From an uncultured Acidobacteriota bacterium (GTDB lineage Bacteria; Acidobacteriota; Polarisedimenticolia; Gp22-AA2), in assembly GCA_964384905.1 (NCBI GenBank), contig CAYLND010000004.1, forward strand, positions 1 to 61,113: a stretch of DNA of 61,113 nucleotides, read 5' to 3'. A program made the translations under genes and the position numbers. Each line of letters starts with the position of its first letter. Positions within the stretch are counted from its first letter, which is position 1. The notes below the pieces were generated by a model that had not been told where the DNA came from, ran no database searches, and saw only the letters and a list, made by a program, of their open reading frames with translations. Of the stretch, positions 9,682-20,331 are shown in pieces.

Positions 9682-9954
9682 TCAGCAGGGAGTGGCCGTG
9701 CAGTGCCCGCCGCTCTTCGAGCACCTGTACGCCAGGCTGCTCGCGAGGCAATCGGCGGGCTTGCTTCCCTTCGGCTTGTCGCAGATCTGCATGGGGCACC
9801 CGGGCGCGGCGATCGCCGTGCTCGGGCCGAAGATCGCAAGGGCGGAACGATAAGGCGTGCCGCCCGTCCTCAGCAGACTGGCGGCGGGGGACACCGCGGC
9901 CAGCACCAGCATCACCGCAAAGAATCTCGCAACGGAGCGCTTCGATACGAGCAT
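9682..9954 (-). CDS. Small secreted six-cysteine protein (90 aa)
   Basis: SD GAGGAG 6 nt before ATG 9954; basic and hydrophobic N-terminus; C-terminal C-x4-C-x10-C-x8-C-x6-C-x4-C ending at the last residue. Confidence 0.7.
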   Translation of the reverse strand: MLVSKRSVARFFAVMLVLAAVSPAASLLRTGGTPYRSALAIFGPSTAIAAPGCPMQICDKPKGSKPADCLASSLAYRCSKSGGHCTATPC

Positions 9955-10093
9955 GGTCGTCTCCTCTTTGTGGCCTCTATGTACCACGAGGATCGCGTGG
10001 ACGCAACCTGCGGGGCGTTTCCGCGCGGATCACGGCAGCGTGCCGGCGGTGAAGGTGACGCCGGCGTTGACCTGTCGTCGGTCCGCCTCCCGA

Positions 10094-10456
10094 TCACGCC
10101 GAGACGATCGTCTTGAACCCGCCCCAGAACATGCGCTTGCCGTCGAAGGGCATCGATTTCGGGTCCATCATCTTCGCGAGGCGGGGGTCCTTCATGACCT
10201 TCGCGTTGATCCGGTCGCGGTGCTGGCGCGACTTGTAGACGATGTAGGAGAACACCACCGTCTCCCCCGGCTTCAGCTTCACGCTCTGCGGGAACGAGGT
10301 CCACTTCCCGCGCTTGACGTCGTCCGCGGCGCACTCGATGTACTCGAGGGCCCCGTGATCGCGCCAGACCTTGCCGGCTTTCTGCGACATGCGGCGATAG
10401 GCCGCGAGCTTCTTCTTCGGCACCGGCACGACGAAACCATCGACGTAGTGGGCCAT
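10094..10456 (-). CDS. DUF1428 family protein
   Basis: MAHYVDGFVVPVP...GALEYIEC...ETVVFSYI...MPFDGKRMFWGGF family signature; SD GGAGG before ATG 10456. Confidence 0.9.
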   Translation of the reverse strand: MAHYVDGFVVPVPKKKLAAYRRMSQKAGKVWRDHGALEYIECAADDVKRGKWTSFPQSVKLKPGETVVFSYIVYKSRQHRDRINAKVMKDPRLAKMMDPKSMPFDGKRMFWGGFKTIVSA

Positions 10457-10477
10457 GCGTATCCTCCCTGGAGATCG

Positions 10478-10681
10478 CTCGTTCAAGTCGCGCGCCTCGA
10501 TCAGGTGGAAGCCGGCCCGCTGCTCCTTCGTTTCGGCGAAGGCCCCGTCGGAGACCGACAGCTTGCCGTTGCGCACGCGCACCGTCGTCGCGGTCTCCAC
10601 CGGCTGCAGCGCCTCCGAGGCGATGCAGCGGCCGCTCTCGCGCAGTCCCGCATCGTACGCCAGGCACTCGTGATCGTCCAG
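10478..10681 (-). pseudogene. YciI (DGPF-domain) fragment
   Basis: ALQPVETATTVRVRNGKLSVSDGAFAETKEQRAGFHLIEARDLNE matches the YciI/DGPF central motif; both termini are missing. Confidence 0.7.
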
Positions 10682-10702
10682 CGGGACCGCCGAGGGGTGC
10701 CC

Positions 10703-10774
10703 CGTCTCCCCTCCCAGGAACTCCATGACCAGGAAGTCGACGCCGTCCTGCGAGTCGAAGTCGTGGATCGCGGG
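10703..10774 (-). pseudogene. Internal fragment of a Ser/Thr protein kinase (subdomains IV-V)
   Basis: AIHDFDSQDGVDFLVMEFLGGET resembles the hinge region of bacterial Hanks-type kinases. Confidence 0.6.
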
Positions 10775-10925
10775 CTGAGGAGGTGCGAGCCAGGCAGCTT
10801 CGGCGCCCTGTCCGCGACTCGACGCGATCATACAGCGGAACCGCGACGCGCGATGAAGGCGCCGGATCGATGCGGCGGCCCGCTTGATCGCGAGCGCGAT
10901 CGGCGCCCGCTCTTCGCGTGGGGCG

Positions 10926-10931
10926 TATAAT
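10926..10931 (+). promoter_or_regulatory. -10 box upstream of the Tat-Rieske gene
   Basis: Perfect TATAAT with no recognisable -35; palindrome GATCGCG-AG-CGCGATC at 10886-10901; SD GGAGGGAGG before ATG 10997. Confidence 0.5.
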
Positions 10932-10996
10932 TCCGCTTCACTACGGGACAGATCATCGGCCAGATAGGCTCTCGAGCCTCATCGGAGGGAGGTCTC

Positions 10997-12406
10997 ATGG
11001 GAAACAGGAAGAAGGTGGATCGCCGCGACTTCGCCAAGACGACGCTGGCGGTCGGCGCCGCGGGCGCCGCCAGTATCGCTTTCCCTTCCGTGCTCGGCGC
11101 CGCCGACGAGCCGGACAGTCCGCTGGTGCCTAAAGGCGCTCACGCGCCGGCCGCGCCGGCGCGGGCCGCGTCCGCCTGGCGCGAGGGGACCACCATCCCG
11201 GCCTGGTATTACCTCGACCCGGCCCAGTACGCGGTCGACGAGCGTCTGATCGCCGACACCTTCTGGCTGATGGTCGATCACGAGAGCCGCATCCCGAACC
11301 CGGGCGACTATTTCGTCTTCGAGTTCGGCCGCGGCGAGAACGTCATCCTCGTCCGCAACGGCGAGGGGAAGGTGAAAGCGTTCCACAACGTCTGCCGCCA
11401 CCGCGGCTCGAGGCTGTGCCGGGACAGCGACGATCCCCGGCCGGCCGACCCGCGCCTCTCCGTGCGGCAGCTGAGCGCCAGCGGCAACACGCCGCTGTTC
11501 CGCTGTCCGTACCACGGCTGGACCTACGATCTCGACGGGCGTCTCGTCCAGTCGTACCGCATGCCGGGCGACTTCGACCCGGCGAGGAACGGTCTGGTCC
11601 CGTGCCACGTGCGTCTCTCCGAGGGGCACATCTTCGTCAACCTGTCGCGCGACGAGAAGCCGCCCGATTTCGAGAGCAATCTCGAGTGGTACACCCAGGT
11701 CGCGCAGCCGTACGGCTTCGCGGGGCTCAAGATCGGCGCCCGCCGCTTCTATCCGATCAAGGCCAACTGGAAGCTGGCGATCGAGAACTTCCTCGAGTGC
11801 TACCACTGCGGGCCGTCCCACAAGAACCTGGTCACGACGCACAACTGGGACTACACGCTGTCGGACGCGCAGGAGGCCCAGAGAGACAAGGAGATCGTCG
11901 CCTGGATGGCGCGGACCGGACGCCGGGAGGCGGCCGTGAGCAAGGGCATGGGGATGGGGGGAGCGACCGACCCCGCCGCCCTGGACGGCGAGCTGAACCC
12001 CGGCTTTCTCACCGGCTCGCTGGACGGCAAACCGGTGGCGCCGCTGCTTCCCAACATCAAGGACTGGACCCACACCACCAACATCGCCACGACCGCCTGG
12101 TCGACCGGCTACTGGCAGGCGTACGACGACCACGTGGCCGTGGCGCGGTTCACGCCGCGCGACGTGGCCCGCACCGACTGCGAGATCTTCTGGCTGGTCC
12201 ATCCGAAGGCCGTCGAGGGGAAGGACTTCGTTGCGGATCGGTTGATGGCCCTGTGGGACATCACGATCCAGGAAGATATCTGGATCGTCGAGAACAACCA
12301 TCTCGGCATCACCTCCGGCGCCTACTCCTCCGGACGGTACGCCGGCCACGAAAGCTATCCGGCCGATTTCGTGAAGTGGTACATGGAGAAGGTCGTGAAG
12401 TCGTGA
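10997..12406 (+). CDS. Rieske non-heme iron oxygenase alpha subunit (GbcA/choline-monooxygenase-like) with twin-arginine signal
   Basis: Rieske ligands CRH...CPYH; mononuclear Fe motif ENFLECYHCGPSH and late QED; N-terminus DRRDFAK followed by a hydrophobic h-region. Confidence 0.9.
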   Translation: MGNRKKVDRRDFAKTTLAVGAAGAASIAFPSVLGAADEPDSPLVPKGAHAPAAPARAASAWREGTTIPAWYYLDPAQYAVDERLIADTFWLMVDHESRIPNPGDYFVFEFGRGENVILVRNGEGKVKAFHNVCRHRGSRLCRDSDDPRPADPRLSVRQLSASGNTPLFRCPYHGWTYDLDGRLVQSYRMPGDFDPARNGLVPCHVRLSEGHIFVNLSRDEKPPDFESNLEWYTQVAQPYGFAGLKIGARRFYPIKANWKLAIENFLECYHCGPSHKNLVTTHNWDYTLSDAQEAQRDKEIVAWMARTGRREAAVSKGMGMGGATDPAALDGELNPGFLTGSLDGKPVAPLLPNIKDWTHTTNIATTAWSTGYWQAYDDHVAVARFTPRDVARTDCEIFWLVHPKAVEGKDFVADRLMALWDITIQEDIWIVENNHLGITSGAYSSGRYAGHESYPADFVKWYMEKVVKS

Positions 12407-12918
12407 GGAGGTGGCCGGCGGCCATCGGCCTGCTCGCGCTCGGCTGCGCCGCCCGGACGCTGCCGCGGGTCCTCTCGACCGAGGTCGCCCCGGGCGGCGC
12501 GCCCCGCACCCTCCGGGACGGCGTCTACAACGTCGAGCAGAGCCGGCGCGGCGAAGAAGTCTATTTCACGACCTGCGTCCGCTGCCACAAGCCGGAGATG
12601 ACCGGCTCGCAGATCGTGCCGCCCCTCGTCGGCCAGACGTTTCTCGCCCGCTGGCGCACGAAGACGGCGGGCGATCTGTTCGAATGGGTGCGGACGTCGA
12701 TGCCGCCGGGCGACCTCGCCCGACAGATGACCCCGCAGAAATACGCCGACGTCCTCGCCTATCTCTTCAGCCGGAACGAATTCCCCGCGGGACAGGACGA
12801 GCTGGCCGCCGATTTCGACGCTCTCCACACGATCCGGTTCGCCCCTGAGTCGGGGGGGCCGGACAGCGGCCTCCCGCCGGCCGCGGCGCAGGCTCTGCCG
12901 GCCGCTCCCGATCCCTAG
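12403..12918 (+). CDS. Monoheme cytochrome c, probable lipoprotein
   Basis: GTGA overlap with the Rieske stop; MRRWPAAIGLLALGC lipobox-like signal; CVRCH heme motif (12574-12588); axial Met candidate in RTSMPP. Confidence 0.85.
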   Translation: MRRWPAAIGLLALGCAARTLPRVLSTEVAPGGAPRTLRDGVYNVEQSRRGEEVYFTTCVRCHKPEMTGSQIVPPLVGQTFLARWRTKTAGDLFEWVRTSMPPGDLARQMTPQKYADVLAYLFSRNEFPAGQDELAADFDALHTIRFAPESGGPDSGLPPAAAQALPAAPDP

Positions 12919-12987
12919 GACGGGTGCGACCGGGACGCGGCTGCCCGTTCGGCACGACGCCTGAGGGGATCCGCCTGAACCCCGTGC

Positions 12988-14124
12988 TTACCTGGGCGAT
13001 CTGTCTTCGGATGGAGTCGGCCTGGGTCTGGGTGGATTCCTGGGGTTTCCCCTGGCATCGCCCCTCGCGCGGCCGTCGTTGTTCGCCGGCCCGTTGGCCT
13101 TCGGCTGCCGGACGGGAGGCTGCCGCACCTCCGGCGCCCGGTCCCATCGTCGGCCGCGATCCGAGGCCTCCGGCCGGGAGTCGGCCTGAGGCAGCGCCTG
13201 CGGGTCGGCGCTCGGAGAGAAGCGGCGGCCGTGCGGCTCCCCTTCCGGCTGCGGCGGGGCGGCCTGCGGTTGTCTCTCCCTGACTCTCCCGCGCCGCGCA
13301 TCGCTCCGATCACGCGAAACGTCGCCGGAGCGGCTGATGAGGGTCCCGGACTGCTTTTCGGAGATCGGCTCGGCGGCCCGCAGCCGCGTGCGGCTCCCCG
13401 CCGCATCCACGCGCAGGTCGCCGCGGGTCATGCGTCGGGACGGGCCGACCCTCGGCACGCTCTCGATCGACGTGCGCTGGATCGTCCTGCCGGTGGCCCT
13501 CTGGACGATCCGTATGTCGGGACCACGGTTGACCACGACGTTGTTCTCGACGCGGATCGTGTTCTCGATCCGGGTGTCGTTGATGATCCTGCGGGTGGTC
13601 CTGGCGGTCACGGCGCAGGTGCGCACGCGCGGGGCGAGAAAGTCGCGGCTCGCCACGAACACGAACAGATCGGGGCGGTCGCCCAGGGAATGGATCGACA
13701 TCCCGACGGAGTAGCCGACCGGAACGGGGGCCCAGCCGATGTAATCCGGCCCGCTGCTGAAGACGACCCACGCGGGGGCCCACACGTAGCCCGGAACCCA
13801 GACCCAGCCCAGGTCCGCATCGACGACCCAGGTCCCGTAATGGTAGGGAACCGCTCCCCATTGGTAGTCCGACACCCAGGTCCAGCCGAGATCGGTGTAG
13901 ACCCAGTGACCGTCGTAATACGGGTTCCATCCTCTCCGGTATTCGGCGGGCTGCCAGACGCGCCCGTAGCTGCCGGAGACGAGCCAGTCGCCATGGGGAC
14001 CGAGGCTCGAGTAGAAGAAGTCGAAGGAGATTCCCACGCCGGATGACGCACGGGCAGGAACGAAGACGCAGCCGGCAATCAACAGCACGATGAGACCGAT
14101 GCCAGAGAATCGCAGTCTGCTCAC
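12988..14124 (-). CDS. Exported DUF6600-like (Trp/Tyr/Gly-rich) protein with disordered C-terminus
   Basis: SD GGAGG before GTG 14124 and a signal peptide; GWxPYxxGxW, WTWVSDYQWG, YHYGTW and WVWVPGYVWAPAWV motifs. Confidence 0.8.
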   Translation of the reverse strand: MSRLRFSGIGLIVLLIAGCVFVPARASSGVGISFDFFYSSLGPHGDWLVSGSYGRVWQPAEYRRGWNPYYDGHWVYTDLGWTWVSDYQWGAVPYHYGTWVVDADLGWVWVPGYVWAPAWVVFSSGPDYIGWAPVPVGYSVGMSIHSLGDRPDLFVFVASRDFLAPRVRTCAVTARTTRRIINDTRIENTIRVENNVVVNRGPDIRIVQRATGRTIQRTSIESVPRVGPSRRMTRGDLRVDAAGSRTRLRAAEPISEKQSGTLISRSGDVSRDRSDARRGRVRERQPQAAPPQPEGEPHGRRFSPSADPQALPQADSRPEASDRGRRWDRAPEVRQPPVRQPKANGPANNDGRARGDARGNPRNPPRPRPTPSEDRSPR

Positions 14125-14189
14125 GATGCAACCTCCCGCCCTCGCCCCCTTACCGGGCTCCGGCTCGTTTCTGCACAGGAGGACGAAGA

Positions 14190-14205
14190 AGCAACATCGG
14201 TGCCA
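14190..14205 (-). promoter_or_regulatory. sigma54 (-24/-12) promoter
   Basis: Minus strand TGGCAC-CGATG-TTGCT is an exact match to TGGCAC-N5-TTGCW, 66 nt upstream of the GTG at 14124. Confidence 0.75.
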
Positions 14206-14324
14206 CCCATGCCAGAGTCCGGTTCCTCGAGTTTTGACGGCCGGCGCGCGGCCATTGTCCCCTCGCGCGGACGCCCGCAATCGCGCGGCGTCGTCCCCGG
14301 AGCGTTACGATGGCGTGGGAGCGC

Positions 14325-15503
14325 TCAATCCCTCATCGAGCGCGCCGGGCCGGGTGGATGGGAGCGGTCCGGAGCGTCGGGCGCCGGCCCGCGCTCGCGC
14401 AGGTAGTGCTGATCGAACTCGTAGACCCATTCGTCCTGAGGAGGATAGACGCCGCGCCGGTAGGCGCGCGAACGCTGCCCCATCTGGGCGCGCTCGCAGA
14501 TGCCCCAGTCCTGCCGGTTGATCAGGTCGTGGAACTCCACGATCTCGCGGGGGTCGAAGTCGTCGCGCGCGATGGTGGAGGGTTCGAACAGGAGACCGCA
14601 GGTGACGCCGGTGCGCTCGGCGGCGCCGGGCCACAGGATCGAGTACAGCACGTTGTCCGGGAAGCAATCGAGGATCAGGTTCGGGAAGACGGTCATGCCG
14701 TTGTAGAGTCCCCGCTCCTGCTCCGTCAGGTCCGGAAGAACAGGAAGACGCGAGCGCCCGGTGCGCGTGAACGAGGTCGCGCCCTCGACCAGACGGTTGC
14801 CCCAGATGCCGTCCGACTCGACCAGGACGCCCCTGCGATAGAGCGGGATCACCTTCACCAGCTCGGGGTGGACCTTGGGACAGTGGAGACACTCGTTGTA
14901 GTTCTCGTGGATGATCTTCCAGTTCGCCGCGACGTCGTAGGCGAAGCGGTGCGCCACCCGGAGACGTTCGAGACGGTAGCGCCGGTAACCGGTCCACTCG
15001 CCCAGCTGCCGGTCCAGCGGGCCCGGCTCGGCCGCCAGGTTGACGAAGATGAATCCCTCCCAGGTCTGCAGCGCGACGGCGTGCAGCCCATGCCGGGCCC
15101 GGTCGAAGCCCGCCACCTCCGGAACGTTCGGCGTCGCGATCAATCGCCCGTCGAGGGAATACGTCCAGGCATGATACGGGCAGGTGAGCGCCTTCGCGGA
15201 CGATCCCTCTCCCTCGCACAGCCGCGTCCCCCGGTGCCGGCAGACGTTGTAGAAGGCCCGCAGCGAAAGCGCCTCGTCGCGCACGACGACCAGACTCTCC
15301 CCCGTCACCTCGCGGACCATGAAATCGCCCGCGCCAGGGATCTGGTCGTCGCGCCCGACGCAGAACCAGCTGCGGAAGAAGATCCGCTCCTTCTCCAGCT
15401 CGAAGATGTCCGCGGCGTAGTAATCGCGCGCGGGAAGGGTCGGCCTCATCGCGGAGGACCCGGCGGCCCCGCGATCCAATCCCGTACCTGTCTCTTGGCT
15501 CAT
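14325..15503 (-). CDS. Cytoplasmic Rieske non-heme iron oxygenase alpha subunit (GbcA/CntA/choline-monooxygenase-like)
   Basis: CRH-x17-CPYH; ENYNECLHCPKVHPEL; NRQDWGICERAQ; no signal peptide. Confidence 0.9.
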   Translation of the reverse strand: MSQETGTGLDRGAAGSSAMRPTLPARDYYAADIFELEKERIFFRSWFCVGRDDQIPGAGDFMVREVTGESLVVVRDEALSLRAFYNVCRHRGTRLCEGEGSSAKALTCPYHAWTYSLDGRLIATPNVPEVAGFDRARHGLHAVALQTWEGFIFVNLAAEPGPLDRQLGEWTGYRRYRLERLRVAHRFAYDVAANWKIIHENYNECLHCPKVHPELVKVIPLYRRGVLVESDGIWGNRLVEGATSFTRTGRSRLPVLPDLTEQERGLYNGMTVFPNLILDCFPDNVLYSILWPGAAERTGVTCGLLFEPSTIARDDFDPREIVEFHDLINRQDWGICERAQMGQRSRAYRRGVYPPQDEWVYEFDQHYLRERGPAPDAPDRSHPPGPARSMRD

Positions 15504-15667
15504 CTTCGTTCCCCGCCTCACCCCGCGCCGGCGGCACCTCGCGTACCATGGAGCGGCGCGGCCGCTGACGATTCCGCGGAACAGCTCGCCGGACATGTAC
15601 CACGCCGGAGGTCTCCGGGCAACAAATGACGGACGTCGGGAGCCGATCCACATCCCGGGGCGGAACG

Positions 15668-17026
15668 ATGTTTCATGACAGGGTCCCGGACACCGGCCTG
15701 CGGCGCGAGATGCGGCCACTGGCCCTTCTCGCCACCATGTTCGTCCTTCTCTCCGGCGGGCCGTACGGACTCGAGGAGGTCATCCCGCGGGCGGGGCCTG
15801 GTCTCGCCCTTCTGGTCCTGAGCGCGCTGGCCATCGTGTGGGCCGTTCCGTACGCCCTGATCGTCGCCGAGCTGGTGTCCGTCCTGCCGGCCGAGGGAGG
15901 AATCTATCAATGGTTCCGCGCCGGGCTGGGACCGTTCTGGTCGTTCCAGCTCGCCCTGCTCGACTGGATCACCTGGATGCTCGATGCCGCCCTCTACCCT
16001 CCTCTGGTGGCGGCTTACGTGGCCGGACTGTTCGTCCACGATCCCGGCCGCTGGGTCAGGTGGGGGATCAGCCTCGTCATGATCTGGGGATGCACGTGGC
16101 TCAACGTTCGGGGCGTCAAGATGGTGGGATGGCTCTCCCTGGCGATCTCGATCGTGGTCCTGGCGCCGATCGTCGCGATCGTCCTTCTGGGAGCGTCTCG
16201 CGTGAGCCTCGGGCCGCTCGCCACGCTGATCCCCGAGGGTGAGTCCTTCTCCACCGCGCTCCGTTACGCCCTCATCTGGTCGCTCTGGAGCTACTCGGGG
16301 TACGGCGCCCTGGCCGGCGCGAGCGAGGAGATGGTGCGACCTGAGCGGACCTATCCGCGGGCTCTGGCGATCTTCGTGCCGCTGTCCGTCGCGACTTATG
16401 TTCTTCCTCTGCTCGTCGCGCTCGGCGTGTCGCCCGACTGGTCGCACTGGGACACGGGACAGTTCAACCAGGTGGCTCGGACACTCGGTGGCGCGGGCCT
16501 CCTGGCCCTCACGGTCGCCGCGGTGCAGATCTCGAGCCTCGGGCTCTTCAACAGCGAGCTCCTGGTCGTTTCCAGGACGCCGTACGCCATGGCTCGCGAC
16601 GGTCTGCTGCCTTCGGAGCTCGCCGCGCTCCACCCCCGCTACGGCACGCCGGCGCGGATCCTGTTTCTCACGGCGATCATGTACAGCCTCCTCACCTTCT
16701 TCTTCGACTTCGTGCAGCTCCTGGTCGCGAGCACCTGGCTCGCCTTGCCGGCCTATCTCCTGACGTTCGCCTCCCCGATCCTCCTGCGCTGGAGGCACCC
16801 CGAAGCCCGCGGGCCGTTCCGGATCCCCGGCGGCTGGCCGGTCCTCCTGGTCGTCGCGCTGGTTCCATCGGCGATCGCGCTGTACGTGCTCGTCACTATC
16901 GAGATGAGACACGTGCTGCTGGGCCTGGGCTTCGTCGCGGCGGTCCCGGTCCTGTACGTCTTCTCGAGATGGTGGAGCCGCCGGGACGGAGCTATTTTCT
17001 CGCCGACAGATCGGCGACCCAGTTGA
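15668..17026 (+). CDS. APC-family permease, polyamine-transporter-like
   Basis: SGGPYGLEE in TM1, WSYSGY in TM6, RYGTP loop, about 12 hydrophobic segments; divergent from the second Rieske gene. Confidence 0.85.
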   Translation: MFHDRVPDTGLRREMRPLALLATMFVLLSGGPYGLEEVIPRAGPGLALLVLSALAIVWAVPYALIVAELVSVLPAEGGIYQWFRAGLGPFWSFQLALLDWITWMLDAALYPPLVAAYVAGLFVHDPGRWVRWGISLVMIWGCTWLNVRGVKMVGWLSLAISIVVLAPIVAIVLLGASRVSLGPLATLIPEGESFSTALRYALIWSLWSYSGYGALAGASEEMVRPERTYPRALAIFVPLSVATYVLPLLVALGVSPDWSHWDTGQFNQVARTLGGAGLLALTVAAVQISSLGLFNSELLVVSRTPYAMARDGLLPSELAALHPRYGTPARILFLTAIMYSLLTFFFDFVQLLVASTWLALPAYLLTFASPILLRWRHPEARGPFRIPGGWPVLLVVALVPSAIALYVLVTIEMRHVLLGLGFVAAVPVLYVFSRWWSRRDGAIFSPTDRRPS

Positions 17027-17066
17027 TGACCAGGGTGAGCGGGGGCGACGTGTTCCCTTCGGCCAC

Positions 17067-17198
17067 CGGCAGCACCTTGATCGCCACGGCCCGATCGAGC
17101 CGCGTGTCGCGCGCGCGATAGACCTCCCCCATCCCGCCCGTGCCGATCGGCTCGAGGATCTCGTAAGGACCCAGACGCGTGCCGCCCGCAAGTGGCAT
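17067..17198 (-). pseudogene. N-terminal fragment of a Ser/Thr protein kinase
   Basis: [44 protein letters not shown] (Gly loop plus catalytic Lys), then similarity is lost and the frame stops at 16992. Confidence 0.8.
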
Positions 17199-17247
17199 GG
17201 AGAGCGCAGGATGGCAGAAGGAGCGGGCCCGACGAAGGCCGGGAGAC

Positions 17248-20016
<2,769 letters not shown>

Positions 20017-20126
20017 CGGCCAGTGTCCCTCGACAACGGTGACGGCGGCGGAAGGGTACCATGTCCGTGCCGGACGAACGCGCGCGCCCTGGTCGGTGCT
20101 GCTCCGCCAACTGTGCCCGTCCTTCG

Positions 20127-20135
20127 TGCTATAGT
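20127..20135 (+). promoter_or_regulatory. Extended -10 promoter
   Basis: TGcTATAGT about 200 nt upstream of ATG 20332. Confidence 0.45.
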
Positions 20136-20331
20136 CCGACCGGTTCTACCATCACCTCTTACTGTTTCACGGGCAGCAACGCTGTTTGGAGTGGTCGCGG
20201 TCCCGCGCCTCATCCGTGAGGCTGTGCATGAGCTCCAGGGCACCACCTGCCGTCGCAAGCGCCACGCATCGTCGTCACCTGCCGCAGAATTCTGCCGCGA
20301 ACCATTGGGTCATAGAGGATGGGAGGGGGCC

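Noticed and set aside
3-9954. RiPP cluster made of the radical SAM enzyme and the six-Cys peptide
   Set aside because: They are about 8.7 kb apart on opposite strands; no SPASM/RRE domain, peptidase or exporter is visible; the peptide has a general-secretion-type signal.
10094-10831. A 245-aa kinase-YciI-DUF1428 fusion protein
   Set aside because: The kinase and YciI parts are short, degenerate fragments, and DUF1428 has its own SD and ATG at 10456.
12411-12848. ORF starting at GTG 12411 directly after GAGGAG
   Set aside because: Zero SD spacing and no motifs; the overlapping frame from 12403 encodes the cytochrome c.
20140-20331. Riboswitch (e.g. c-di-GMP-I) in the long leader of the Asp-box lipoprotein
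   Set aside because: The key conserved segments (GGGCAAAC, GNRA loop/receptor, GACGCAAAG) are not present; an Rfam scan would settle it.
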